Part shown: positions 18,663-25,649 of the stretch, piece after piece | Layout: each line of letters opens with the position of its first letter | How positions within the stretch are numbered: the first letter of the stretch is position 1 | From: Clostridia bacterium | GTDB taxonomy: Bacteria > Bacillota > Clostridia > Oscillospirales > CAG-272 | Assembly (NCBI GenBank): GCA_900754175.1 | Contig: CAAEBS010000146.1 | Location: forward strand, 1 to 56,728 | Length of the DNA stretch: 56,728 nt | Direction of reading: 5' to 3' | Notes under the pieces: model-generated | The model's database searches: none | What the model saw: only the letters and a program-made list of their open reading frames with translations | Told to the model about the DNA's origin: nothing | Made by a program: the position numbers and the translations under genes

Positions 18663-18691
18663 AGTATATCATAAAATCTGACTATTTTCAA
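18663..18691 (-). promoter_or_regulatory. Promoter of the pseudo-primase/helicase operon
   Basis: Minus strand: TTGAAA (18691..18686), 17 nt, TATACT (18668..18663), preceded by TGa (extended -10). About 30 nt upstream of the RBS. Confidence 0.5.
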
Positions 18692-18752
18692 TCCTTTTTT
18701 TACCAAAAGTGTGAAATTCCGCTTGGAACAAAATATTTTTCATTTTCTTTTT

Positions 18753-18790
18753 TAACCCGGACAGCCGTTGTCCGGGTTAGCTTTTAAAAT
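18753..18790 (+). promoter_or_regulatory. Operator/promoter module, copy 1 (upstream of the seven-gene operon)
   Basis: 11-bp perfect palindrome taacccggaca / tgtccgggtta containing GGACAGCCGTTGTCC, then 11 nt, then TAAAAT (18785..18790). ATG 18817 lies 27 nt further on. Same core and spacing as the copies at 26243 and 32976. Confidence 0.5.
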
Positions 18791-18816
18791 GGTGGTGGAA
18801 TGGAGGTGAGCGGAAG

Positions 18817-19182
18817 ATGGGAACTGCCGAAAGGCGAGCGGAGATCATGAAAATACTGTGCCGGCGCAGACGGGAAAGCATCCGGAATCTGGCGGCTGAA
18901 TTCGGCGTTTCCTCACGGACGATACAGCGTGACGTTGATATTCTGAGCCGCTCCGAACCGATCTTTACCATGCCGGGCAGGTACGGCGGCGTCTGCGTGG
19001 TGGAGGGCTACTCCATGGACCGGATGTACATGACCACGGCGGAAGTTGCGGTACTGCAAAAGCTGTATGCGGCGGCTGAAAGCTCTGCCGGGTTACTTAC
19101 GCTCCCCGAAAAAGATCTGCTCGGTTCCCTGATTGCGCAATACTCCAAGCCAACAAGAAAAAATGAAAGGAATTTATCATGA
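18817..19182 (+). CDS. Small HTH_11/DeoR-like (YafY N-terminal type) transcriptional regulator
   Basis: 121 aa, MGTAERRAEIMKILCRRRRESIRNLAAEFGVSSRTIQRDVDILS. Its stop overlaps the next ATG (ATGA at 19179..19182). Paralogue at 25182..25523. Confidence 0.8.
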   Translation: MGTAERRAEIMKILCRRRRESIRNLAAEFGVSSRTIQRDVDILSRSEPIFTMPGRYGGVCVVEGYSMDRMYMTTAEVAVLQKLYAAAESSAGLLTLPEKDLLGSLIAQYSKPTRKNERNLS

Positions 19183-20264
19183 ACGAAAACGAAAAACAGC
19201 TTTTCAAAGCACTTTGCAAATTCAAAGAACCCACATTCGACGATTCCCTGCTCGCCTACGCAACTCCGTGCGTGCTGGGGCATCTGTTCTTCAACCGGAT
19301 GCAGGGCGTTGCCTACGGCACGCTGAAGCGGCGGGGAGCGCTCGGGCGTGTAAACCGGGAATTCCGGAACTCTCTCGGTGCGGCGTTTGAGCAGAACCGG
19401 CAGAAAAACGAAAGCTTTCTGCAATGTGTCGGAACGCTCTCGGAGCTTCTTTCCGACGGCGGCGTCCGGGCGGCTATGCTGAAAGGCGCATTCCTGTGTG
19501 CGCACTATCCGGAGGGCTACCGGACCTCCAACGACATCGACCTGCTGGTGCTTCCCGAGGACGTGACGGCGGTCGGCACGCTGCTTTACGATGCGGGATT
19601 CCGCCAGGGGAGCGTCCGGGAGGGCAAATTCATCCCCGCCACCCGTGTCCAGATCATCACCTCCAAAATGATGCGGGGCGAAACCGTCCCGTACATCCGG
19701 GAAGTCGGTCTGCCTCAGATGAAATATCTTGAGGTGGATATCAATTTCTCTCTGGACTACAAAAACGGCGACGACCGTATTCTGCACGACCTTCTGGCAC
19801 GCACCACGACACGGGAGGAGGACGGGCTTCCCATTCCGATGCCGGAATCCTGCGACTTTTTCCTCCACCTTTGCGCCCACCTCTACAAGGAGGCGACCAC
19901 GCTTCCCTGGATCGAAATGCGCCGGGACATGACGCTGTACAAATACGCCGACCTCTATCTTCTGCTCCACGAGCTGGACGACACCGGCATTGCCGAGATC
20001 TTTGACCGTGCCCGGGCGCTTGGACTTGACAAAATCTGCGCTTATGCGATTCTGGAAACGATAGAGTTGTTCGATATGAAAAACGATACTGCCTGCCAAC
20101 TGGCAAACCAAGCGCTGGCAGACGACCCGGATTTCCGCCTGCGGGTCACGTCCACCAAGGACAAAAAGATACTGATCTACCGGACCGCAAGCGCTACCGA
20201 GCGCTTTTTCATGGACGACCGGACAAAGGATCTCAGGGAGGTGAAAAGCGATGAAAAGGCTTAA
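19179..20264 (+). CDS. Nucleotidyltransferase family protein (NTP_transf_5 / PF14907-like)
   Basis: 361 aa. AAMLKGAFLCAHYPEGYRTSNDIDLLVLPEDV matches the LKG...R..DIDLLV hallmark I associate with PF14907. RBS GAAAGGAA. Confidence 0.72.
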   Translation: MNENEKQLFKALCKFKEPTFDDSLLAYATPCVLGHLFFNRMQGVAYGTLKRRGALGRVNREFRNSLGAAFEQNRQKNESFLQCVGTLSELLSDGGVRAAMLKGAFLCAHYPEGYRTSNDIDLLVLPEDVTAVGTLLYDAGFRQGSVREGKFIPATRVQIITSKMMRGETVPYIREVGLPQMKYLEVDINFSLDYKNGDDRILHDLLARTTTREEDGLPIPMPESCDFFLHLCAHLYKEATTLPWIEMRRDMTLYKYADLYLLLHELDDTGIAEIFDRARALGLDKICAYAILETIELFDMKNDTACQLANQALADDPDFRLRVTSTKDKKILIYRTASATERFFMDDRTKDLREVKSDEKA

Positions 20265-20886
20265 TATGCGGGAAAACCGGACCCCCGGGCGGCTGATCAC
20301 CTTTTGCGGACTGGATGGTTGCGGCAAGACGACCATGATCCGGCGGCTGTTTGACGAGCTGGAGAGCACGCACAGCATTTTCCTGACCAAGCAGCCGACC
20401 AACGCCGTGCGGAAATCCGAGATCTTCCGGAACTACATGGACTGCCCCGATCACAACGCCTTCGACTACCGCAGTCTTTCCCTGCTTGCCGCAAGCGACC
20501 GACTGCAACACGTGAACAAGGTGATTGAGCCGGCGATGCAACACGGCGGCATCGTACTCAGCGACCGGTATTTTTACTCCTGCCTTGCCAATCTGCGGGC
20601 AAGAGGCTTTGAAAAGGACGACTGGATCTACGAAATCGCAGGCTCGGTCATCAAGCCGGATCTTGCCTTTTTCTTTGACGTGCCGGTGGAGGTGGCGGTG
20701 GACCGGGTCCGCAGTCGCCCGGAGGAAAAGAACCGGTACATCGACATTGACCTGCAATACCGGCTCCGCAAGGAGTATGTGGACATCTGCTTTGCAAACG
20801 GCGGCATCCTCATCTCCACCATGGAGCCGGAGGACGACTGTTACGCCCTGGTGAAAAAAGCGGTAAAGGAGGTACTGAAAAAATGA
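20251..20886 (+). CDS. Thymidylate-kinase-like P-loop nucleotide kinase
   Basis: 211 aa. LITFCGLDGCGKTT (Tmk P-loop G-x-DG-x-GKT/S-T), FLTKQPT, SDRYFYSCLA (Tmk DRY motif), and an Arg-rich LID-like VDRVRSRPEEKNRY. RBS GGGAGGTG. Overlaps the previous gene by 14 nt. Confidence 0.78.
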   Translation: MKRLNMRENRTPGRLITFCGLDGCGKTTMIRRLFDELESTHSIFLTKQPTNAVRKSEIFRNYMDCPDHNAFDYRSLSLLAASDRLQHVNKVIEPAMQHGGIVLSDRYFYSCLANLRARGFEKDDWIYEIAGSVIKPDLAFFFDVPVEVAVDRVRSRPEEKNRYIDIDLQYRLRKEYVDICFANGGILISTMEPEDDCYALVKKAVKEVLKK

Positions 20887-21149
20887 CGGTATTAGAGAAA
20901 ATCATTGCGATCCTGACAGAGCTGAGCGACGAAAAGGTCATCACGCCGGAAAGCCGGCTTACCGAAGATCTGGCGCTGGACAGCATCCGGATGGTAACGC
21001 TTCTGATCGAGCTGGAGGAAAGCTTCGGCATCGTCCTTGCCGAGTCGGACATGAACCCGTTCGACCTGATCACGGTAAGCGACGTTATAACGCTTGTGAA
21101 AAAATATGAAAAGGAGCCGGAAAGCAACCATGAAAAAGAACAGAATTGA
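20883..21149 (+). CDS. Acyl/peptidyl carrier protein
   Basis: 88 aa. LTEDLALDSIRMVTLLIELEESFG contains the D-S-(L/I) phosphopantetheine attachment motif. ATGA overlap with the upstream stop. RBS AAGGAGG. Confidence 0.85.
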   Translation: MTVLEKIIAILTELSDEKVITPESRLTEDLALDSIRMVTLLIELEESFGIVLAESDMNPFDLITVSDVITLVKKYEKEPESNHEKEQN

Positions 21150-22134
21150 GCTTCCCCTCATCGAACCGGTGTACAGCACCTATCACAATCAGGGAGCGGG
21201 CAGTGCGATCCTCGTCCACAACCCCTCCATCCGGAACTGGTATCTGAATCAGGTATTGATCCTCACCTGCAACCGGAAATTTCTGAAAGGCTTTACCACG
21301 CCCGAGGTCAGCATTGTGGAGGGCACCTGGAATACCAATCCTTATCTGGAAAAGAAGTGGTTCGGATTGCAGTTTCTCCGGGGGCACGTCCACTACGTGA
21401 TCCGGAATCTGCTGGAGGCGGGCTATTACGTCACCTTCAACGGAATCGACGACTACTACGTAGAGGGAAAAAGCTGGTACCGACAGCGGCATTTTCCCCA
21501 CGACGGCTGTATCTGCGGATACGACCCGGAGGACGACACCTACTGCATTTACGCCTACGATCAGAACTGGATCTACCGGAAATTCAAAACGCCGAAAAAA
21601 TGCTGGGAGGCGGGGCGGAAAGCCATGTTCAAGGTGGGGCGCTACGGCAACATCTGCGGTCTGAAGCCCAAGGGCGACAAAGTCGTTTTTTCGCCGGAAA
21701 CCGCCCGGAAAAAGCTTGCCGAATACCTGAACTCCGATTTTGAAAAATATCCGGAGGACGGTGAGGGACCGGTGTACGGAATCGTGGTACACGATTACAT
21801 TGCGAAATACGTCGGAAAGCTTTACGACGGTTCGATTCCCTACGAAAAAATGGATCGCCGGGTGTTCCGGCTGATCTGGGAGCACAAAAAGGTCATGCTG
21901 GAGCGGATCCGCCGGATTGAGGAGGCGCTCTCCCTCGGCGGCGACGTCGGCGACCGGTACGAGGCAGTGGTAAAGGACGCCGATATGCTCCGGATGCTTT
22001 ACGCCTCTCACCACATGAAACGCCGGGACTCGGTCCTGCCGGTCATTCAGAAAAAACTGCTCTCGCTCAAAGCGTGCGAGCAGGCGCTTCTGACCGAGCT
22101 TCTGGCAAACTCGGAGGGAGGTGGCGTGGAATGA
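21130..22134 (+). CDS. Hypothetical protein (possible BtrH/C39-like papain-fold acyl-carrier-dependent transferase)
   Basis: 334 aa from ATG 21130 (AAAGGAG 14 nt upstream; alternative ATG at 21106). No family recognised with confidence. RQRHFPHDGCICGYDPEDDTYCIYAYD resembles the H-x-GYD-x-D segment of BtrH_N/C39-like folds. Its stop overlaps the next ATG. Confidence 0.6.
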   Translation: MKKNRIELPLIEPVYSTYHNQGAGSAILVHNPSIRNWYLNQVLILTCNRKFLKGFTTPEVSIVEGTWNTNPYLEKKWFGLQFLRGHVHYVIRNLLEAGYYVTFNGIDDYYVEGKSWYRQRHFPHDGCICGYDPEDDTYCIYAYDQNWIYRKFKTPKKCWEAGRKAMFKVGRYGNICGLKPKGDKVVFSPETARKKLAEYLNSDFEKYPEDGEGPVYGIVVHDYIAKYVGKLYDGSIPYEKMDRRVFRLIWEHKKVMLERIRRIEEALSLGGDVGDRYEAVVKDADMLRMLYASHHMKRRDSVLPVIQKKLLSLKACEQALLTELLANSEGGGVE

Positions 22135-23510
22135 AGCTCTGGAACTTTATCCGGGAAGCAATGATGTCGCACCCGACGCAGAAGATCCGGGAGGAGCGTG
22201 CGGAAATGAGCTTTGAAGAAGTAGCGGTCTTTGCCCGGGAGTTTTCGGAAAGGCTCCGGGGATTCCGTTGCTGTGCCATTCTCTGCTCCTCCGAAATGGC
22301 GGCGGCAATGGCGCTCCTCTCCTGCTTTGCGGCAGAGGTAACGGCACTGCCCCTCTCCATGCGGTACGGACAAGCCCACTGCCGCAAGATTCTTGACGCC
22401 GTAAGCCCCGACGCTATCATCAGCGACAACGGCGGAGAGCTGGCGGTATACCGGCTGGATCCCGGCAGCTATTCTCCACCCGATGTACATCCGGCGCTCA
22501 TCATGTGCACCTCCGGCACCACCGGAAAGCCCAAGGGCGCCATGCTCAGTGAAAGCAATATCCTTGCCAACGTGACCGATATTGCCGGATATTTTGCGCT
22601 CGGGGAAAGCGATACCATTCTGATCGCCCGCCCGCTCTACCACTGTGCGGTGCTGACCGGCGAATTTCTGACCGCCCTGGTCCGGGGCGCCGGGATCCGC
22701 TTTTACTCGGGGAACTTCAACCCACCGAAAATGCCGGAGCTGATCCGAAACTATGAGATCACGGCTTTCTGCGGAACGCCTACCCTGCTGTCGATGATGG
22801 CAAGATTCAGCCGTGGCACGCCGCCCCCGACCCTGAAGCATATCGTGATCAGCGGCGAATGTATGGGCGCCGACACCGGCATTGCCATTGCCGACGCCTT
22901 TCCGCAAAGCCGGATCTACCACGTTTACGGGCTGACCGAGGCTTGCCCACGGGTCAGCTATCTGCCTCCCGAAGCCTTCCGGCAATACCCCGATTGCGTC
23001 GGGATTCCCCTGCGCTCGGTCTCGGTTCGCCTGCTTACCCCGGACGGCGCTCTCTGCCAGCCCGGCGAGGAAGGCGTCCTGTGGGTCAGGGGGGACAACG
23101 TGATGCTCGGCTACTACCGGGATCCCGGAAGGACCGCCGAAATTCTGCGGGACGGCTGGCTCTGCACCGGCGACCTTGCGGTGAAGAACGACGCCGGCTA
23201 TCTGAAGATCAAGGGGCGCAACGACGATCTCATCATCAAATCGGGCATGAACGTCTACCCCGCCGAAATCGAGGCGGCAATGAAACAGGACGCAAGAGTC
23301 CGGGAAGTGCTGGCATACAAAGTCGAAGGCCGCTTCGGCGTGCAGATCGGCATGAAGCTGGCAGGCGACTTTTCCTCGGTGGAAGAGGTAAAAAAGCTCT
23401 GCGCACAGCTCCTGCCCCCCTTTCAGATCCCGGCGGTCATCACGCTGGTGGACGAACTGCCGAAAAACGGCTCCGGCAAAATCATACGGAGGGAACGCCA
23501 TGACGCTTGA
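22131..23510 (+). CDS. Adenylate-forming enzyme (AMP-dependent synthetase/ligase, DltA-sized)
   Basis: 459 aa from ATG 22131 (RBS GGAGGGAGG). IMCTSGTTGKPKGAMLS, YGLTEA, GDLAVKNDAGYLKIKGRNDDLIIKSGMNVYPAEIE, LPKNGSGKI. Confidence 0.9.
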   Translation: MKLWNFIREAMMSHPTQKIREERAEMSFEEVAVFAREFSERLRGFRCCAILCSSEMAAAMALLSCFAAEVTALPLSMRYGQAHCRKILDAVSPDAIISDNGGELAVYRLDPGSYSPPDVHPALIMCTSGTTGKPKGAMLSESNILANVTDIAGYFALGESDTILIARPLYHCAVLTGEFLTALVRGAGIRFYSGNFNPPKMPELIRNYEITAFCGTPTLLSMMARFSRGTPPPTLKHIVISGECMGADTGIAIADAFPQSRIYHVYGLTEACPRVSYLPPEAFRQYPDCVGIPLRSVSVRLLTPDGALCQPGEEGVLWVRGDNVMLGYYRDPGRTAEILRDGWLCTGDLAVKNDAGYLKIKGRNDDLIIKSGMNVYPAEIEAAMKQDARVREVLAYKVEGRFGVQIGMKLAGDFSSVEEVKKLCAQLLPPFQIPAVITLVDELPKNGSGKIIRRERHDA

Positions 23511-24060
23511 AACAGAAAAGAAAGCACTGCTGACCCGGCAGGAAGCCGACGTCCTTCTGCATCATTTTGCAGGCGGGATCGCCTCTGTCGTCCAGACCAA
23601 CTATTATTTCGACAGCGAGGACCGGTCGATGGATCAAAGAGACATCACCTGCCGGGTCCGCATGAAAGACGGAAAAGCCGCCGCTACCATGAAAATCCAC
23701 CACGTGGGAAACGGACAAAGCGTGGAGGTCCCCTTTCCGGTGACCGACGGGCTGAACCGGAACGGCTTTACCGACATGGGACTGCGGCTCTGCGGTTTTC
23801 TGACCACCTGCCGCACCGTCCTTGTCCGGACCGATACCTTTGAGCTGGTGCTGGACCGGAACCGCTACCTCGGCTGTGAGGACTACGAGCTGGAGCTGGA
23901 ATATTCGGCGCTCGGAAAAGAATCTGCCGGACTGTACTGGCAGTACGTCCTCCGCCTGCTTCAGAATCATACGGCGGACCGGCGCCCGGTGCAGACCGAC
24001 CGGGTGCCGGGAAAATCCCGCCGGTTCTTCCGCCGGCTGAGCGAATACGACCGCCGGTAG
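23500..24060 (+). CDS. CYTH-domain protein (triphosphate tunnel metalloenzyme / class IV cyclase-like)
   Basis: 186 aa. N-terminal LETEKKALL is the ExExK motif. Also QTNYYFD, ITCRVRM, ATMKI, and VLDRNRYLGCEDYELELEY (C-terminal acidic ExExE). Overlaps the ligase gene by 11 nt. RBS GGAGGGAA. Confidence 0.75.
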   Translation: MTLETEKKALLTRQEADVLLHHFAGGIASVVQTNYYFDSEDRSMDQRDITCRVRMKDGKAAATMKIHHVGNGQSVEVPFPVTDGLNRNGFTDMGLRLCGFLTTCRTVLVRTDTFELVLDRNRYLGCEDYELELEYSALGKESAGLYWQYVLRLLQNHTADRRPVQTDRVPGKSRRFFRRLSEYDRR

Positions 24061-24169
24061 CCCTGCCCTGCCGCATCATGCCAACGTCCTGACCTGTCCG
24101 TGTTGCCAGACAATTTACGGTATTTTCCAAAAGCAAATTGTAAATAAAACATGAAGTTTCAGAAAGCCC

Positions 24170-24198
24170 TTGACAAGCCGTGATTTTTGCATTATAAT
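24170..24198 (+). promoter_or_regulatory. Consensus sigma-A-type promoter of the LexA-like gene
   Basis: TTGACA (24170..24175), exactly 17 nt, TATAAT (24193..24198). ATG 24237 is preceded by AAGGAG. Confidence 0.6.
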
Positions 24199-24236
24199 AA
24201 AACCACAATTTCCACAATCAGATAAGGAGATCTCTT

Positions 24237-24854
24237 ATGCGGACCATGAATCAGGAAAAAACAGAAAGACTTTCCGAATTTCTCAAGCAATATGCAAGAG
24301 ATAACAACGGCACTTCTCCGGGTCTTTCGGAAATCATGGAATATATGGGAATGTCCAAGGCAACGGCATACCGCTATATTCTCGAACTGGAAAGGCAGGG
24401 GCTGGTGTCGTACAGCGGCAAAAACACCCTGGAGACCGATCTGCAACGCAAAATGAACTGCGGCTTCCGCAAGGTGCCGCTGGTCGGTCAGATCGTCTGC
24501 GGCACGCCCGACGAGCAGGAGGAATTCATCAGCGAATATCTTGCCATTCCGGAAGAGTGGGTGGACGGCGAATGCTTTCTGCTCCGGGCATACGGCGATT
24601 CCATGATCGACATCGGGATCGAAAAGGACGACCTTATTCTGGTAAAGCGGGCGGAAACGGCGGAAAGCGGCGACGTCGTCGTGGCGCTGACCGAGAACGG
24701 CAACACGCTGAAGCGGCTGTTCTGGGAGGGCAACAAGCCGAGACTGCACGCCGAAAACAAAACATACAAGCCAAAGGATGTGGACATATACCCCGAATCC
24801 CTGACGATTCAGGGGATCGCCCTGAAAGTAATCAAAAACATCCGGCAAAAATAA
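24237..24854 (+). CDS. lexA: LexA-family repressor (winged HTH + S24 self-cleaving peptidase)
   Basis: 205 aa. N-terminal LexA-type wHTH (GLSEIMEYMGMSKATAYRYILELERQGLV). Hinge VPLVGQIVCGTP. Ser/Lys dyad context AYGDSMIDIGI ... NTLKRL. Confidence 0.75.
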   Translation: MRTMNQEKTERLSEFLKQYARDNNGTSPGLSEIMEYMGMSKATAYRYILELERQGLVSYSGKNTLETDLQRKMNCGFRKVPLVGQIVCGTPDEQEEFISEYLAIPEEWVDGECFLLRAYGDSMIDIGIEKDDLILVKRAETAESGDVVVALTENGNTLKRLFWEGNKPRLHAENKTYKPKDVDIYPESLTIQGIALKVIKNIRQK

Positions 24855-24868
24855 AAGGAGGGATCCGC

Positions 24869-25075
24869 ATGATAAAATACCCGTGTCCGATCTGCAACAG
24901 GCGGGCGTGCGACTCAAACAAGTATCTTTCTCTTGCCAAATTATCCGAAAACAATGAGTCCAGAGCCGACGTGGTCATCAAATGTCAGAACTGCAAAAAC
25001 ACCCTGGCGGTAAAGGTTCTGGCAAACGCCGTCGTCTTTGAACAGACAAGCCCGCAGGAGGGCGCAAATTCCTGA
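24869..25075 (+). CDS. Small Zn-ribbon protein (CxxC...CxxC), hypothetical
   Basis: 68 aa, MIKYPCPICNRRACDSNKYLSLAKLSENNESRADVVIKCQNCKNTLAVKV... RBS AAAGGAGGG 6 nt upstream. 14 nt after the lexA-like stop. Lies inside a longer ORF-track frame (24557..25075). Confidence 0.5.
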   Translation: MIKYPCPICNRRACDSNKYLSLAKLSENNESRADVVIKCQNCKNTLAVKVLANAVVFEQTSPQEGANS

Positions 25076-25114
25076 CCCCCAGCACTTCGTACATCGCACG
25101 ATGTTTCAACATAC

Positions 25115-25162
25115 GAGCATGACAAGTAGCCTTACGCTATTTGTCATGCTCTTTTATTTTTT
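25115..25162 (+). terminator. Rho-independent terminator after the LexA-like/Zn-ribbon genes
   Basis: 11-bp stem gagcatgacaa (25115..25125) / ttgtcatgctc (25141..25151), followed by TTTTATTTTTT. Confidence 0.6.
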
Positions 25163-25181
25163 CGCAGAAAGGAGGAAAACG

Positions 25182-25523
25182 ATGGGAACCGCCGAGCGCA
25201 GGCTTGAAATCCTGAAATATCTGTGTAGAACCAGACATGCCACCATGGCTCAGCTTGCCAAAGAATTCGGCGTTTCCCAGAGGACCATTCAGCGGGACGT
25301 TTACGAGATCGAAGCGACCTTTCACGCACCGATTGTCGTAAAATGCGGCAAATACGACGGCGGCGTATATCTGATCGGCGATTACAGTTTTGACCGGATA
25401 TATATGTGCGAGGAGGAGCTTCTCCTGCTCCGCAAAACGCAAAAGCTCCTTGCGGGGCGCCTGACCGAAAAGGAAAACGCCCTGCTCTCCCGGATGATCC
25501 AAAATTATTCCAGAAGCTCCTGA
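25182..25523 (+). CDS. Small HTH_11/DeoR-like regulator, paralogue of 18817..19182
   Basis: 113 aa from ATG 25182 (RBS AAAGGAGGA). MGTAERRLEILKYLCRTRHATMAQLAKEFGVSQRTIQRDVYEIE... has the same N-terminus and architecture as the 18817 gene. Confidence 0.8.
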   Translation: MGTAERRLEILKYLCRTRHATMAQLAKEFGVSQRTIQRDVYEIEATFHAPIVVKCGKYDGGVYLIGDYSFDRIYMCEEELLLLRKTQKLLAGRLTEKENALLSRMIQNYSRSS

Positions 25524-25552
25524 CCGTCAGCCCGCCGACACTCTTATAAACA

Positions 25553-25607
25553 AAAAAATTCTGCGTATCAGAATCTCCCTTACGGTGGATCCCGATACGC
25601 AGTTTTT
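25553..25607. terminator. Possible bidirectional terminator between convergent genes
   Basis: A-run, 9-bp stem ctgcgtatc (25561..25569) / gatacgcag (25594..25602), then TTTTT. The long 24-nt loop makes it weak. Confidence 0.35.
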
Positions 25608-25649
25608 CATGATTTTATTTCTTTTAACGAGAAGCTCTTCCGGAAAGCT

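Noticed and set aside
19008-23501. Minus-strand ORFs 19008..20402 (464 aa), 21085..22014 (309 aa), 22047..23501 (484 aa) and others
   Set aside because: They are antisense to the seven overlapping plus-strand genes, each of which has family motifs and an RBS. The minus-strand products are low-complexity and lack RBSs.
24061-24236. Search for a Firmicutes LexA (Cheo) box GAAC-N4-GTTC near lexA-like, recQ and the island promoters
   Set aside because: I did not see one in the intergenic regions I read (7142..7695, 10738..11068, 18626..18816, 24061..24236, 26175..26338, 32895..33051). I therefore make no SOS-regulon claim. A computational scan is needed to be sure.
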